A DNA stretch of 64,000 nucleotides, from NCBI GenBank assembly GCA_013265495.1, contig MU058781.1, positions 4,093,050 to 4,157,049 of the forward strand. Direction: 5' to 3'. Source of the stretch: Vicugna vicugna. Its lineage: Eukaryota. The stretch's first letter is position 1; each line of letters starts with the position of its first letter. The notes under the pieces are model-generated. The model ran no database searches and was not told the origin of the DNA. It saw only the letters and a list, made by a program, of their open reading frames with translations. Positions 63,761-64,000 of the stretch are shown here, piece after piece. The position numbers and the translations under genes were made by a program.

Positions 63761-64000
63761 TAAAGGAAAGAGCTATTGTCTTTTCTATTCTGTCATCCTG
63801 TTTCTTAGGGCATATAGCTTCAATCTGATCATTTTATTAGATAACATTTCTTTGTCACACAAAAGTAAGTTCTGGAGAGAATTTGCAGTGTAGAAATAAT
63901 TAATATTACAGGAGTGCATTAAATCTAGACAATTTCCTCTACCTATTCTATTTGCTGGCCTATTTTGTTGGTAATTTCTTTTTTTAGTATTATTATTGAA

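Overview
This is mammalian non-coding DNA (intronic or intergenic). It is probably camelid, judging from two Vic-1-like tRNA-derived SINEs; that assignment is from memory, not a search. No credible protein-coding exon was found, and the listed ORFs are short, low-complexity or repeat-derived. The window is a mosaic of decayed L1, L2 and MIR elements, MaLR/ERV LTRs, DNA transposons (MER5, MER44) and microsatellites. Several repeat-free, motif-dense blocks between them look like developmental enhancers. The most striking structure is a 504-bp inverted repeat with no mismatches (32417-32920 / 34190-34693) around a ~1.27-kb spacer. It is built from ancient MER21 and MLT1 LTR sequence and has a slightly diverged 29-bp inner extension on almost the same symmetry axis. 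Also present are a tailless 5S rRNA retropseudogene with a target-site duplication, paired RFX X-boxes, a TAATCC cluster and local GC-shifted patches in old repeats. Repeat family names are recognised from remembered consensus sequences, and boundaries of old repeats are approximate.
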